The translations under genes were made by a program, and so were the position numbers. A stretch of 64,000 nucleotides of DNA from positions 1,152,001 through 1,216,000 of the forward strand of contig CAVWWD010000008.1 of NCBI GenBank assembly GCA_963758635.1, written 5' to 3'. This DNA is from an uncultured Candidatus Rokubacteria bacterium. Lineage in GTDB: Bacteria; Methylomirabilota; Methylomirabilia; Rokubacteriales; CSP1-6. Positions 12,885 through 22,531 of this stretch are shown one piece after another (within the stretch, counting starts at the first letter, position 1; each line of letters begins with the position of its first letter). The notes below the pieces were generated by a model, which searched no databases, was not told the origin of the DNA, and was given only the letters and a program-made list of their open reading frames with translations.

Positions 12885-13241
12885 TCAACGTTCGTCCTTC
12901 CCCTCGAGGACGTCCTTGAGCAGGCTCCGATGGCACTCCCGCTCGTCCTTGCAGGCGCAGAGCAGCGTGACCGGCTCGCGGGTGGCCAGCCCGCGGAGCT
13001 GATCGAGCTGCGCCGCCGCGGCCGGCTCGTCGAGGCCCCGGAGGTACCGCCGCTTCCGCTCGGGCCAGGTCACGCGGCCCGCCTTCCAGTCGGCCAGCAG
13101 GGCACGGTCGGCGCCCAGCTCCTTCAGCCAGAGGTCGATCCGGTCCTTGCGGATGCCCCGCGGCCAGAGCCGCATGACGAGCACGCGGAGGCCGTCGTCG
13201 GGCTCCTTCGGGTCGTAGACGCGCTTGAGGGCGACCTTCAC
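12885..13241 (-). CDS. DUF488 family (YeaO-like) protein
   Basis: KRVYDP...DDGLRVLVMRLWPRGIRK. Confidence 0.88.
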   Translation of the reverse strand: MKVALKRVYDPKEPDDGLRVLVMRLWPRGIRKDRIDLWLKELGADRALLADWKAGRVTWPERKRRYLRGLDEPAAAAQLDQLRGLATREPVTLLCACKDERECHRSLLKDVLEGKDER

Positions 13242-13439
13242 GAACGGCGGGACGCCCGGTCACGGGGAGTAGCAGAGGGAACGCCGGAATGCCGCGGGGG
13301 CCTGCGTGCCGGGCAGGCCGGACGGCGGCGCGAGGGGGGGCGGCATGGCCCGAGGCTAACTCGCGGCCGGAAGCGCCGCAACCGGCCCAGGCCCACCAGG
13401 CAGCGCATCCGGCGCCGGCCATCCGGCGCCGCCCGGCGA

Positions 13440-13938
13440 TCAGCGGGCGGGGACGCCTCCGGCGCGGGGCAGGACGCCTGCGCCTCCAGGCGCGTCACCC
13501 GCTGGTCGAGCGTCGCCAGGTCCGCGCGGATCTCCACGTATCGGCGATCGCTCCTTCTCGTCGACCATCTGATGCCTTCGGCGAGAAGCGCCATCCCCGC
13601 CTGCATCCGCTCCATCACCACGTCGAAGTGACGCCGGGTCTCGGCGGCCGACGAGTCGATCTTCGCGTCCAGCCGCGACACCTCGGAGTCGATCTTCGCT
13701 TCCAGCCGCGACACCTCGGACATCGATCTTCGCTTCCAGCCGCGAACCTCGACTTCCGTCCAGCCGCGACCCGGTCGATCCTCGCGTCCAGCCGCGACCC
13801 GGTGTCGATCTTCGCGTCCAACCGCGACCTCGGTCGATCTTCGCCCAGGTCGCTCCGGACCGCGTCGATCCGGGCGCCCAGGTCGGTCCGGACCGAGGCG
13901 AACTGGGCGTCGAGGTAGGAGATCAGCTCGGGATCCAC
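13440..13938 (-). CDS. Coiled-coil repeat protein (frameshifted; boundaries approximate)
   Basis: VDPELISYLDAQF..., 11-aa repeats AKIDSEVSRL(D/E), then AETRRHFDVVMER. Confidence 0.6.
13655..13897. repeat. Intragenic ~33-bp tandem repeat, about 7-8 degenerate units
   Basis: Unit GTCGATCTTCGCGTCCAGCCGCGACACCTCGGA. Confidence 0.85.
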
Positions 13939-13973
13939 GCGAGCACTGTGACCGGCGGTCACGACGGCGTCAA

Positions 13974-14040
13974 GCGTATCGTTCCGGAGACACCGGTGTG
14001 TATCGGCTCTCAGACACCCGTGTATCGACTCTCAGACACC
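13974..14040. repeat. Three 21-bp direct repeats
   Basis: GCGTATCGTTCCGGAGACACC (13974), GTGTATCGGCTCTCAGACACC (13998), GTGTATCGACTCTCAGACACC (14020). Confidence 0.75.
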
Positions 14041-14388
14041 GGCGCCGGTCCGCGGGACCGCTTCCACCACGACGGCGGTGCCGTACGCGAGCACCTCGGT
14101 CACGCCGGCCGCGATCTCGTTGGCGTCGTAGCGCATGCCGATGACCGCGTTGGCGCCCACCTCGCCGGCGTGCCGGAGCATCAGCTCGAACGCCTCCTCG
14201 CGCGCGCGCTCGCAGAGCTCCGTGTACAGGCTGATGTTGCCGCCGATCAGCGTCTGGAGCGAGGCCCCGATGGTGCCGACCACGCTCCGGGAGCGCACGG
14301 TGATGCCGCGCACCACTCCCAGGTTGCTGGTGATGCGGCAGCCCTCGAAGTCGAAGGCGGTGGTCACCCACTGTCGCTGAACGGCCAT
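14032..14388 (-). CDS. YbjQ/UPF0145 family protein
   Basis: [12 protein letters not shown]...[11 protein letters not shown]...[18 protein letters not shown]. Confidence 0.92.
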   Translation of the reverse strand: MAVQRQWVTTAFDFEGCRITSNLGVVRGITVRSRSVVGTIGASLQTLIGGNISLYTELCERAREEAFELMLRHAGEVGANAVIGMRYDANEIAAGVTEVLAYGTAVVVEAVPRTGAGV

Positions 14389-14500
14389 GCGCGTCTCCTC
14401 TCCCGGTTGTGACGGAATGCGGATCTCGGCTTCAGCGAGCGGGCTGACACGGTGATTCTGCGGACACGCGGCCTGCCGCTCGTCGTTCATTCACGATCCC
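14389..14500 (-). promoter_or_regulatory. Conserved structured leader, copy A
   Basis: Collinear homology with 16496-16600 (see findings). Confidence 0.6.
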
Positions 14501-16065
14501 TCAGGCGAAAGGATTCCAGGCCGTCACCTTCCGGGGGGCGATCTTGTAGATGCGCCGGACCTCGCCCGGAAACTTCCAGCCGTCGGGGTAGCGGTCGCGC
14601 CCCAGGTAGCGCCGGGCGAGACGGTCCAGGTGCTCGTCGGCGCCGGCCTCGGTGATCTCGACCACCGGGCCGCGCACCTGGAGGTATCGGTTCGGGTCGT
14701 CGGGGTCGGGGATCTCGATGGCGACCTCGCGCCGCCGGGCCATGTTCAGGTCCTTCTGACGCCCCGCCGCCGAGTTCACGAGCACGTGGCGGCCGTCCCA
14801 GTCCACCCACACCGGCGTCACGTGCGGCGTGCCGTCGGGCATGAGCGTGGCCAGGTGCGCGTGGGTCGGCTTCGCGAAGAGGTCGAGGAACGCCGCCGGG
14901 ATGGGACCCGGATCGGCGGGCTGGCGGCCGCGCCACGCGTCGTAGCGCGCGATGAACGCCGGGTCCCGCGCGACGAGCTGGTTGTAGCCGACGCGGCCGC
15001 TCCGGGTCATCACGCGATAGGTGAAGGGGACCGGCTCGAGATCCAGGTGCCGCTCCACGCCTTCGAGCCAGGTGAGGCTCCGGTACGCCGCGGCCTGGAA
15101 CCGGTCGACCACCGGCTTACGCATGGCCTCGAACGCGGCCAGCGCCGCCCGTGGCTCCGCGCCGCGAACGGCGGGGGCGAACACCGCGTCGGCCAGGGCG
15201 ATGGCGTCCTCCAGCGCGAGCTTCGTGCCCGAGCCGATCGAGAAGTGCGCGGTGTGCGCCGCGTCGCCGATGACGACCACGTTGTCGTGGACCCAGTGGC
15301 GGTTCTTCACCAGCGGAAAGCTGAGCCAGCGGAGGAAGCCGTTCGGCAGGAGCGGATGGCCGCCCAGGTCGTCCGCGAAGACGCGGGCCAGGTGGGCGCA
15401 CGTATCGGCCTCGGACATGCGGTCGAGGCCGGCCGTCTTCCACGTCGCCGGCGGGCACTCCACGATGAACGTGCCGTGGGTGGGGCTGAAGCGGTACGCA
15501 TGCGCGATGTAGAGCCCCGCGGCGTCGCGCCGGAAGATCATGCTGAGCGCGTCGAAGGACTTCGTGGTGCCGAGCCACACGTACCGGTTCTGCCGCGACT
15601 CCACGGAGGGGTGGAAGAAGTGGCTCCACGTCTGGCGCACCAGGCTCGACGCGCCGTCGGCGCCCACCAGGAGGTCGGCGTCGGCCAGCGGCGCCGCGTC
15701 GGTCGACCGGCGTGTGGAGGGCGAGCTTCACGCCCAGGTCCTCGGCGCGCGCGCGGAGGATCTTGAGGAACGTGAGCCGGGCGATGCCGGAGAAGCCGTT
15801 GCCCCGGACGGTGTGGCGCTCGCCGCGGTGCACCGTGGCCACGTCGTCCCACGTCTCCGACGCGGCGCGGATGGCGGCGTAGGTCTCCGCGTCACGCTCG
15901 GCCAGGAACGTCGAGCGTGCGGTCGGAGAAGACGATGCCCCAGCCGAACGTGTCGTCGGGGCCGTCGCGCTCGAGCACGGTGACGTCGCAGGCGGGGTGG
16001 CGCTTCCGGGCCAGGATCGAGAAGTAGAGGCCCGCCGGTCCGCCGCCGAGGACGTTGACCTTCAC
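14501..16065 (-). CDS. FAD-dependent monooxygenase (AbmA/salicylyl-CoA hydroxylase N-domain-like) fused to a C-terminal PPOX-class split-barrel domain; frameshifts in the 5' part
   Basis: GGGPAGLY, DDTFGWGIVFS, GADG and GDAAHTAHFSIGSGTKLALEDA, then AHLATLMPDGTPHVTPVWVD in the same frame. Confidence 0.85.
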
Positions 16066-16081
16066 GGGCCGAAGCCGCGCC

Positions 16082-16495
16082 TCACGCCTCGTCGAGCACG
16101 GCCACGCCCTCGATCTCGATGGCGCAGTCGTCGTCGTAGAGGCTCTTCACCTCCACCAGCGTCATGGCCGGGAAGTGCTTGCCGAAGTACTCCCGGTACA
16201 CCACGCCGATCTCGCGGGCCCGCGCCTTGTAGTCGGCCTTCGAGAGCACGTAGAGGTTCAGCTTCACGATGTCGGTCATCTGGCCGCCGCGGTCGGCGAG
16301 GACGGCCCGGAGGTTCTCGCAGGCCTGGCGGAACTGGGCGGTGAGATCGCCCTTGCCGACCACGCGCCCCTCCCGGTCGAAGGCCACCTGGCCCGCCAGG
16401 TAGAGCGTGCGGCCGCCCTGGGTCTCGTACGCGTGCGAGTAGCCCACGGCCTTGGCCACGGTGGGCGGGTTGACGGGACGCGCGACCTTCGGCAT
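16082..16495 (-). CDS. RidA/YjgF/UK114 family protein
   Basis: GYSHA, YLAGQV, FPAMTLVEV and IEIEG; RBS AGGAGG. Confidence 0.92.
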   Translation of the reverse strand: MPKVARPVNPPTVAKAVGYSHAYETQGGRTLYLAGQVAFDREGRVVGKGDLTAQFRQACENLRAVLADRGGQMTDIVKLNLYVLSKADYKARAREIGVVYREYFGKHFPAMTLVEVKSLYDDDCAIEIEGVAVLDEA

Positions 16496-16600
16496 GTCAC
16501 CCTCCTGGTCTGTTGTGAAGAACGCCGATTCCGATATCGGCGAGCGGGCAACCCCGCGGCTCTGCGGACACGCGGAATGCCGTCTCGCCATTCACCCCTC
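16496..16600 (-). promoter_or_regulatory. Conserved structured leader, copy B
   Basis: Collinear homology with 14389-14500; hairpin GGCGAG...CTCGCC. Confidence 0.6.
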
Positions 16601-16620
16601 GGTGCTCTCGTCGACGCTGC

Positions 16621-17424
16621 TCAGGACAGGACGACGGCCTCGCCGGTGCGGCCCGCGGCGCCGTCCGATGCCAGCTCCAGCACGACGGCGGCCACCGCGT
16701 CCGGCTCGACCAGGCGCCCCGACGGGTTCATGCGCGCGAGCGTGGCCACCGCCTCGTCGAAGCTCCGGCCCGTGCGCTTCTCGATGCGGCGGGCGCTCTC
16801 CCATACCAGGTCCGTCGCGGCGAAGCCCGGGCACACCGCGTTCACGGTGACGCCGGTGCCCTTGGTCTCCGCGGCGAGGGCGCGCGTGAGGCCCACCAGC
16901 GCGTGCTTGGAGGCGGCGTAGGCCGTGATGTACGCCGCGCCCTCGAGGCCGGCGGTGGACGCCACGTTCACGATGCGCCCCCAGCCGCGCTCGAGCATGC
17001 CGGGCAGGATCGTGCGGCAGAGCAGGTAGGGGCCGGTCGCGTTCACGGCGAGGTGGCGCTGCCAGAGCGCGAGGTCGGTGCGCGCCAGCGGCGCGGACTC
17101 GGCGATGCCCGCGTTGTTGACGAGGACGTCCACGGCGATCCCCGCCTCGCGCATGCGCTCGAGCGAGCTCTCCACCGACGCCGGGTCCGCCACGTCCATG
17201 GGCTCCACGAGGGGATCGGTGGCGCCGAGGCGGGCGAGCTCCCCGCGGGCCGTCTCCAGCGCCGAGCGGGTGCGGCCGGCCAGCACCACGCGCGCTCCCG
17301 CCCGCGCCAGGGCCTGGGCCACCGCGCGGCCGATGCCCCGCCCGCCGCCCGTCACGAGCGCCACGCGGCCCGCGAGCGGGCCCCCGTTGTCCGCCCCGGT
17401 GCGTCGCGAGACTCGTCCGGCCAT
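16621..17424 (-). CDS. Short-chain dehydrogenase/reductase
   Basis: TGGGRGIG, NNAG and YAASK motifs. Confidence 0.93.
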   Translation of the reverse strand: MAGRVSRRTGADNGGPLAGRVALVTGGGRGIGRAVAQALARAGARVVLAGRTRSALETARGELARLGATDPLVEPMDVADPASVESSLERMREAGIAVDVLVNNAGIAESAPLARTDLALWQRHLAVNATGPYLLCRTILPGMLERGWGRIVNVASTAGLEGAAYITAYAASKHALVGLTRALAAETKGTGVTVNAVCPGFAATDLVWESARRIEKRTGRSFDEAVATLARMNPSGRLVEPDAVAAVVLELASDGAAGRTGEAVVLS

Positions 17425-17491
17425 GCGCTGGATTCTACTCTGGTCCCCGGTGCCCCTCAGGGCGGCGGCGGGGCGCGTATACTACCGCCCC

Positions 17492-18757
17492 GTGACGCGC
17501 GCATTCGAGCGGGCGAGCCTGGCCGATGCGGTGGGGCGCCTGCGTCCCGGGATGCGCGTGCTCCTGCAGCCCGGCTGCGGCGATCCGCGCGCCGTCGTCA
17601 AGGAAATCTGTCGGCAGGCGGACCGGCTGGCGCCGCTCACGTTCATGGGCGGCCTGCGGCTGGACGACTACCCCTTCGCCGCGCCGGCGTACGCGGGGAA
17701 GCTCCGCTTCGCCACCTGGCACGACTCGCCGCGTCTCGCCGAGGCCGAGGCCCGCGGCGACGTCGACTTCATCCCCGCGCGCTACTGGGAGACCGCCGCC
17801 ATGTTCGCCACGGGCGGCGCGTGGGCCCCCGACGCGGTCATCGTCCACACCGCGCCGCCGGACCGCGCCGGCTACCTCTCGCTCGGCGTGTCGGTGAGCC
17901 ACGCGCTGCCCGCGGCGCGGCGCGCGCCCCTGGTGATCGCCCAGGTCAACGAGCGCATGCCGCGCACGCTGGGCAACGCGTTCCTGCATCGGTCGCAGAT
18001 CGACGCGTGGGTGGCCGTGGACGAGCCGCTCCAGGAGTATCCGCCGCCGCGCGTGGGCGAGGTGGAGCGGAGCGTCGCCGGCCACGTGGCCGGGCTCGTC
18101 CGCGACGGCGCCACGGTCCAGGTGGGCGTGGGCGCCATCCCGCAGGCCATCATGGAAGCGCTCGGCGGCCATCGGGACCTCGGCGTCCACTCCTTGCTGG
18201 TCGAGCCCATGATGGCGCTGGTGGAGAAGGGCGCCATCACCAACGCGCGCAAGCGCCTGCATCCGGGGCGGATGGACGTGGGCGAGATCATGGGCACCGC
18301 GCGGCTCTTCGCCTTCTGCCACGACAACCGCATGGTGAACATGGAGCCGTGCGACGTGACCCACGACCCCGAGGTCATCGGGCGTCTCGGCGACTTCGTG
18401 TCGATCAACTCCGCCCTCGAGGTCGATCTGCTCGGCCAGGTCAACGCGGAGAGCGTCGGCGGCCGCCAGGTGGCGGGCATCGGCGGGCAGTTCGACTTCG
18501 TCCTGGGCGCGGCGCGCGCGGCGGGAGGCCGGTCGATCATCGCGCTGCCGGCCACGGGACGCGACGGCCAGGTGTCGCGCATCGTGGCGCGCCTCGGGCC
18601 GGCCGCTCGGGTGACGACGCCGCGCTACCTCGCCGACTACGTCGTGACCGAGTACGGCGTGGCCGCGCTCCGCGGCAAGGACGACGCCGAGCGGGCGCGG
18701 GCGCTCGCGCGGATCGCGCATCCGAGCTTCCGGGAGGCGCTGGAGCGTGGAGCGTGA
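17492..18757 (+). CDS. Acetyl-CoA hydrolase/4-hydroxybutyrate CoA-transferase family protein
   Basis: QVGVGAIP, SINSALEVDLLGQVNAE, GIGGQFDF and VVTEYGVA. Confidence 0.9.
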   Translation: MTRAFERASLADAVGRLRPGMRVLLQPGCGDPRAVVKEICRQADRLAPLTFMGGLRLDDYPFAAPAYAGKLRFATWHDSPRLAEAEARGDVDFIPARYWETAAMFATGGAWAPDAVIVHTAPPDRAGYLSLGVSVSHALPAARRAPLVIAQVNERMPRTLGNAFLHRSQIDAWVAVDEPLQEYPPPRVGEVERSVAGHVAGLVRDGATVQVGVGAIPQAIMEALGGHRDLGVHSLLVEPMMALVEKGAITNARKRLHPGRMDVGEIMGTARLFAFCHDNRMVNMEPCDVTHDPEVIGRLGDFVSINSALEVDLLGQVNAESVGGRQVAGIGGQFDFVLGAARAAGGRSIIALPATGRDGQVSRIVARLGPAARVTTPRYLADYVVTEYGVAALRGKDDAERARALARIAHPSFREALERGA

Positions 18758-18824
18758 GGAAAGGGAAACGGGGAGGAGCGACGGCGGAGCCGGGCCGGTC
18801 GCGCCCCGGCCCCGCCGGATACCG

Positions 18825-19052
18825 CTAGCCTTTCAGGCTATCGATCGAGGCGAAGATCTCTTCGTCGGTCGGGAAGCGGAACGTCTCCTGGTTGTTGTAG
18901 ACGCGCTTGTTGTCGATATCGACGAAGAACACGCCGCCCATGCTCTCGGTGAGCTTGGCGGTGATCCCGTACTTGTCCTTGATGGCGGCCTGCAAACTGG
19001 AGGCCTGAGGGAGGTAGTTTCACTCTCCGCAGTACGTGATGACGATGTTCAT
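18825..19052 (-). CDS. Rdx-family (SelW/SelT/SelH-like) selenoprotein, 75 aa, CxxU motif (UGA 19020-19022)
   Basis: RBS GAGGAGG; MNIVITYCGE-UGA-NYLPQASSLQAAIKDKYGITAKLTESMGGVFFVDIDNKRVYNNQETFRFPTDEEIFASIDSLKG. Confidence 0.92.
18987..19005 (-). promoter_or_regulatory. SECIS-like hairpin of the Rdx gene
   Basis: GGCCU-C-CA-GUU-UG-C-AGGCC; G-first apical loop 22 nt after the UGA. Confidence 0.65.
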
Positions 19053-19123
19053 CAGGGCCTCCTCGTAAGCGGGCTTGGCGACAGCGTGAACGTCATGATA
19101 CGGAGTGCTCCAGGACCTGTCAA

Positions 19124-20106
19124 ATGCCGCTGCCCCTCCTGATCGACACCGACCCCGGCATCGACGACGCGCTCGCCATCCTGTTCGCCCTGGCGTCGCG
19201 GGAGCTGTCCGTGGAAGGCCATCACCACGGTCGCCGGCAACGTGCCGGTCGACGTCGGGACGGCCAACGCGCTCCGCATCCTCGACGTGGCGCAGCCCTC
19301 GCGCCGGCCGCCGGTGGCCCGGGGCGCCGCGGCCCCGATCCGGCGTCCGCTCGTCACCGCCGACCGGTACCACGGCGGCGACGGCCTGGGCGGCGTGGAC
19401 GCGCTGGTGGACGACCAGGGGCGCCCGCGCTATCCCGTGCCGGACACGAAGCTCGACCGGCGGGACGGCGCCGACCTCATCCTGGACACCGTGGACCGCT
19501 TCGCGGGCCAGCTCGTGCTCCTCGCCCTGGGCCCGCTCACCAACGTGGCCATCGCGCTCGAGCGCGACCGCGCGCGGCTGTCCCGCGTGGCCCGGCTCGT
19601 GGTGATGGGCGGCGCCGTCACCGTGCCCGGCAACGTGACGCCCGCCGCCGAGTTCAACTTCTTCGCCGACCCCGACGCGGCCGCCGCGGTGCTCGCCGCC
19701 GGCCTGCCCGTGGAGCTGGTGCCCCTCGACGTGACGCGGCGGACGCTCCTGACGAGCACGGCGCTCCGCGAGCGGCTGCGTGGCGCGACCGGCCGGCGCG
19801 CGCGCTTCGTCCTGGACGTGACGGCTCGCGCGTTCGCCCGCGCCTCGGGCGCGGAGGGCCGCGGCATCCCGATGCACGACCCGCTCGCCGCGGGCGTCGT
19901 GCTGGACCCATCGCTGGTCCGCTTCGAGCGCCTGCACGTGGAGGTGGAGTGCGAGGGCCGCCACACGAGCGGCATGTCTCTCGCCGACCGCCGGCCCGGG
20001 GACGACAGCGAACGCGCGCCGGCCAACTGCGCGGTGGCCACGGCCGTGGAGGCCGACGCGGTTCCTCTCCCTCTTCCTGGAGCGCGTGTGCCCAGCGTCT
20101 GCGTGA
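19124..20106 (+). CDS. Inosine/uridine-preferring nucleoside hydrolase (frameshifts near 19220 and 20060)
   Basis: IDTDPGIDDA, LGPLTN, AEFNFFADP and MHDPLA. Confidence 0.9.
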
Positions 20107-21018
20107 TCGCCTCGGTCAACGTCGACTACGCGATGACGCTGCCGCGGCTGCCCGGGCCGGGCGAGACGGTCCTCGGCGGCACGCTCCTGGTCGGAGCCGG
20201 CGGCAAGGGCGCGAACCAGGCGGTGGCGGCGCGGAAGCTCGGCGCCGAGGTGCGGGTGATCGGCGCGATCGGCGACGACACGGCGGGCGCGGGCGTGCGA
20301 CGCGGCCTCGACGCCATCGGCATCGACACCGGCGGCCTGGTCGCCGTCCCCGGCGCCGCCACCGGCACCGCGCTCATCCTGGTGGACGGCGCAGGGCCGG
20401 AACTCGATCGCCGTGGCCTCCGGCGCCAACCTGCGCCTGACCGAGGCGATGGCGGCGGCCCACGCGGACGCGGTGCGGCAGGCCGACGTGCTGCTCTGCC
20501 AGCTCGAGGTGCCGCTGCCCGTGGTGCGCTGGGCGCTCGCCGAGGCGCGCCGCCACGACGTGACCACCATCCTCAACCCGGCGCCGGCCCAGGACCTGCC
20601 CGCGGACCTCCTCGCCCTGGTCGACTACCTGACGCCCAACGCGGGCGAGGCGGAGGCGCTGGCCGGCGCCCGGGTGACCGACCCCGAGTCGGCGCGCGAC
20701 GCCGCCGCCGCGCGCTCCTCGCGACGCGGCGTGGGCACCGTGGTCGTCACGCTGGGGGAGCAGGGATCGCTCGCGTGCACGCCGGAGGTCGCCTCGCACT
20801 TCCCGGCGTTCCCCGTGCGCGCCGTGGACACCACCGCCGCGGGCGACGCGTTCAGCGGAGCGCTCGCCGTGGGGCTGGCCGCGGGCGGCACGCTCGAGCA
20901 GGCCATCCCGCTCGCCAATGCCGCCGCCGCGCTCACGTGCACGCGCCCCGGCGCTCAGGACGCGCTGCCGGACCGCGCCGCCGTCGAGGCCTTCCTGCGC
21001 TCGCTCAAGGGCGCGTAG
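20088..21018 (+). CDS. rbsK: Ribokinase (frameshift near 20400)
   Basis: GGKGANQAVAA, NPAPA and DTTAAGDAF. Confidence 0.88.
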
Positions 21019-21053
21019 CGCTCTGACCGCGTCCCCAGGCCCGTCGCGGGCCG

Positions 21054-21575
21054 TCAGTCCGCGCGCCTCACCCCGATCTCGAGCACCTGGCGGATCCACC
21101 GTGAGTGCCGTCGTTCAGCCGGGATCACGACCATGAGCGGGCCCTCATGCGTCGAGAGCGGCCGCCCGTCGCGTCGATCCGCGAGCAGCACCACGCGGTC
21201 CGTGAAGGCCTCATCGACCTCCGGCAAGGCAAGGACGACCCGGTAGCCGTCGGCCGCGGTCACCAGGAGGTAGTCCGCGAGGCGCGGGCCCCGCAACTGA
21301 TCGCCGAGGGGCACCTTCGCCGTTCGCAACAGGGTGCTGAGACGCACCCCTTCGAAGGTGACCGATCGCCCCTCGCGATCCGTCGTCGAGACCGTCTCGC
21401 GCGCGAGAGTCGCGAATGCTTCCGCCGTCAGGCTCAACGGGTTCGGACTGCCGCCGGTGATTCGAAGGACGGTCGTCCCAGGCGTCTGGGAGCCCGGTTG
21501 GCCGACCGCCAGGATCGGCGCGATCGCGACCATGACCAGACTCAGGCCGACCACGACAGCGCGCGTCGGCCGCAT
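21054..21575 (-). CDS. Exported molybdopterin-oxidoreductase-like (sulfite-oxidase Moco-fold) protein
   Basis: Signal peptide; FEGVRLSTLL, AADGYRV, DGRPL..EGPL and RWIRQV. Confidence 0.75.
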   Translation of the reverse strand: MRPTRAVVVGLSLVMVAIAPILAVGQPGSQTPGTTVLRITGGSPNPLSLTAEAFATLARETVSTTDREGRSVTFEGVRLSTLLRTAKVPLGDQLRGPRLADYLLVTAADGYRVVLALPEVDEAFTDRVVLLADRRDGRPLSTHEGPLMVVIPAERRHSRWIRQVLEIGVRRAD

Positions 21576-21580
21576 CCCGA

Positions 21581-21790
21581 TCAGTCCTTGCCGACGATCA
21601 CGTCCGACGCCTTGATCACCGCATAGGCCGAGTCCCCGATGGTGAGCTTCAGCTCGTCGGCCGCCTCGTTGGTGATGGAGGCGGTGATCACGGTGCCGCC
21701 CCCGATGTCGATCTTGACATGGGCGGTGGTGGCACCCTGCGTGACCCCCAGCACCTTGCCCTTGATGATGTTGCGTGCGCTCAGGCGCAT
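21581..21790 (-). CDS. mop: Molbindin (TOBE domain, Mop/ModG-like)
   Basis: SARNIIKG...ASIT...AVIKASDV. Confidence 0.9.
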   Translation of the reverse strand: MRLSARNIIKGKVLGVTQGATTAHVKIDIGGGTVITASITNEAADELKLTIGDSAYAVIKASDVIVGKD

Positions 21791-21807
21791 ACCCTGCCTC
21801 CTGTTCT

Positions 21808-22512
21808 CTACTGCCTCCAGCCCGCTGCCGGGACGGCGACGCGCGCCCCCGGCGCCAGCCGGATCGCCTCGAGGTGACCGGAGATCCGGCCGTCCTCGGT
21901 CTGAAGGTGCACGTGGATGTTCGCTTCGCCCGGGGTGAAGATGCCGCGATGCCGCTGCGAGTGGAATCCGATCAGCTCCACGCTGGCGTGCTCCAGCGTG
22001 TGCCGCACCTTCGACTGCTCGTGTCGCTCCGGAGTGTGGGCCAGGCCGTCACGCTTGTCGAGCACGTGAAGCGTGGCCTCGACGGCGGTTGCGCACACCC
22101 TGAAGGGAAAAGGCCGATCCGGATCCAAGCCAGTCTCGCGCGCGAGGACGACCACCTCCCGCTCGAGGCCGTCGAGACCGGCCAGGTTGCCATGCTCCGC
22201 CTCGCGCTCGGACCAGGCCGGCACCTGCGCCCAGACCAGGAAGCAGGCGCGCACGCTCCAGCTTGCCGCGGTCACCACCGTGTGCCGCTCGATCCGGGCG
22301 ATGGAGGGGACACCGTCGAAGATCGAGACCTCTCCCCGCACCCCTTCGAGCGGACCGAGCCCGTAGAGGTGCGGGACCCTCGACAGGGTCTCGAGCACCA
22401 CGTGACCGCGCAGGTCGCCGGCGAGGACATCCCGCTGCGCGCCGGCCCAGCGAACGCCCGCGCCGTCGTCACCCCCATCGGCCAGGGGAGCGTGCGGGGC
22501 GTGGCCGGTCAC
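21808..22512 (-). CDS. Acetolactate-decarboxylase-like fold protein
   Basis: YGLGPLEGVRGEV and IHVH...SGH metal motif. Confidence 0.6.
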   Translation of the reverse strand: MTGHAPHAPLADGGDDGAGVRWAGAQRDVLAGDLRGHVVLETLSRVPHLYGLGPLEGVRGEVSIFDGVPSIARIERHTVVTAASWSVRACFLVWAQVPAWSEREAEHGNLAGLDGLEREVVVLARETGLDPDRPFPFRVCATAVEATLHVLDKRDGLAHTPERHEQSKVRHTLEHASVELIGFHSQRHRGIFTPGEANIHVHLQTEDGRISGHLEAIRLAPGARVAVPAAGWRQ

Positions 22513-22531
22513 AAACCGGGTCCGCCGGCGA

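Noticed and set aside
19242..21026. Nucleoside hydrolase-ribokinase fusion in the ORF track
   Set aside because: Created by an indel near 20060; the natural hydrolase end (FLERVCPASA-stop, 20106) overlaps the ribokinase GTG at 20088
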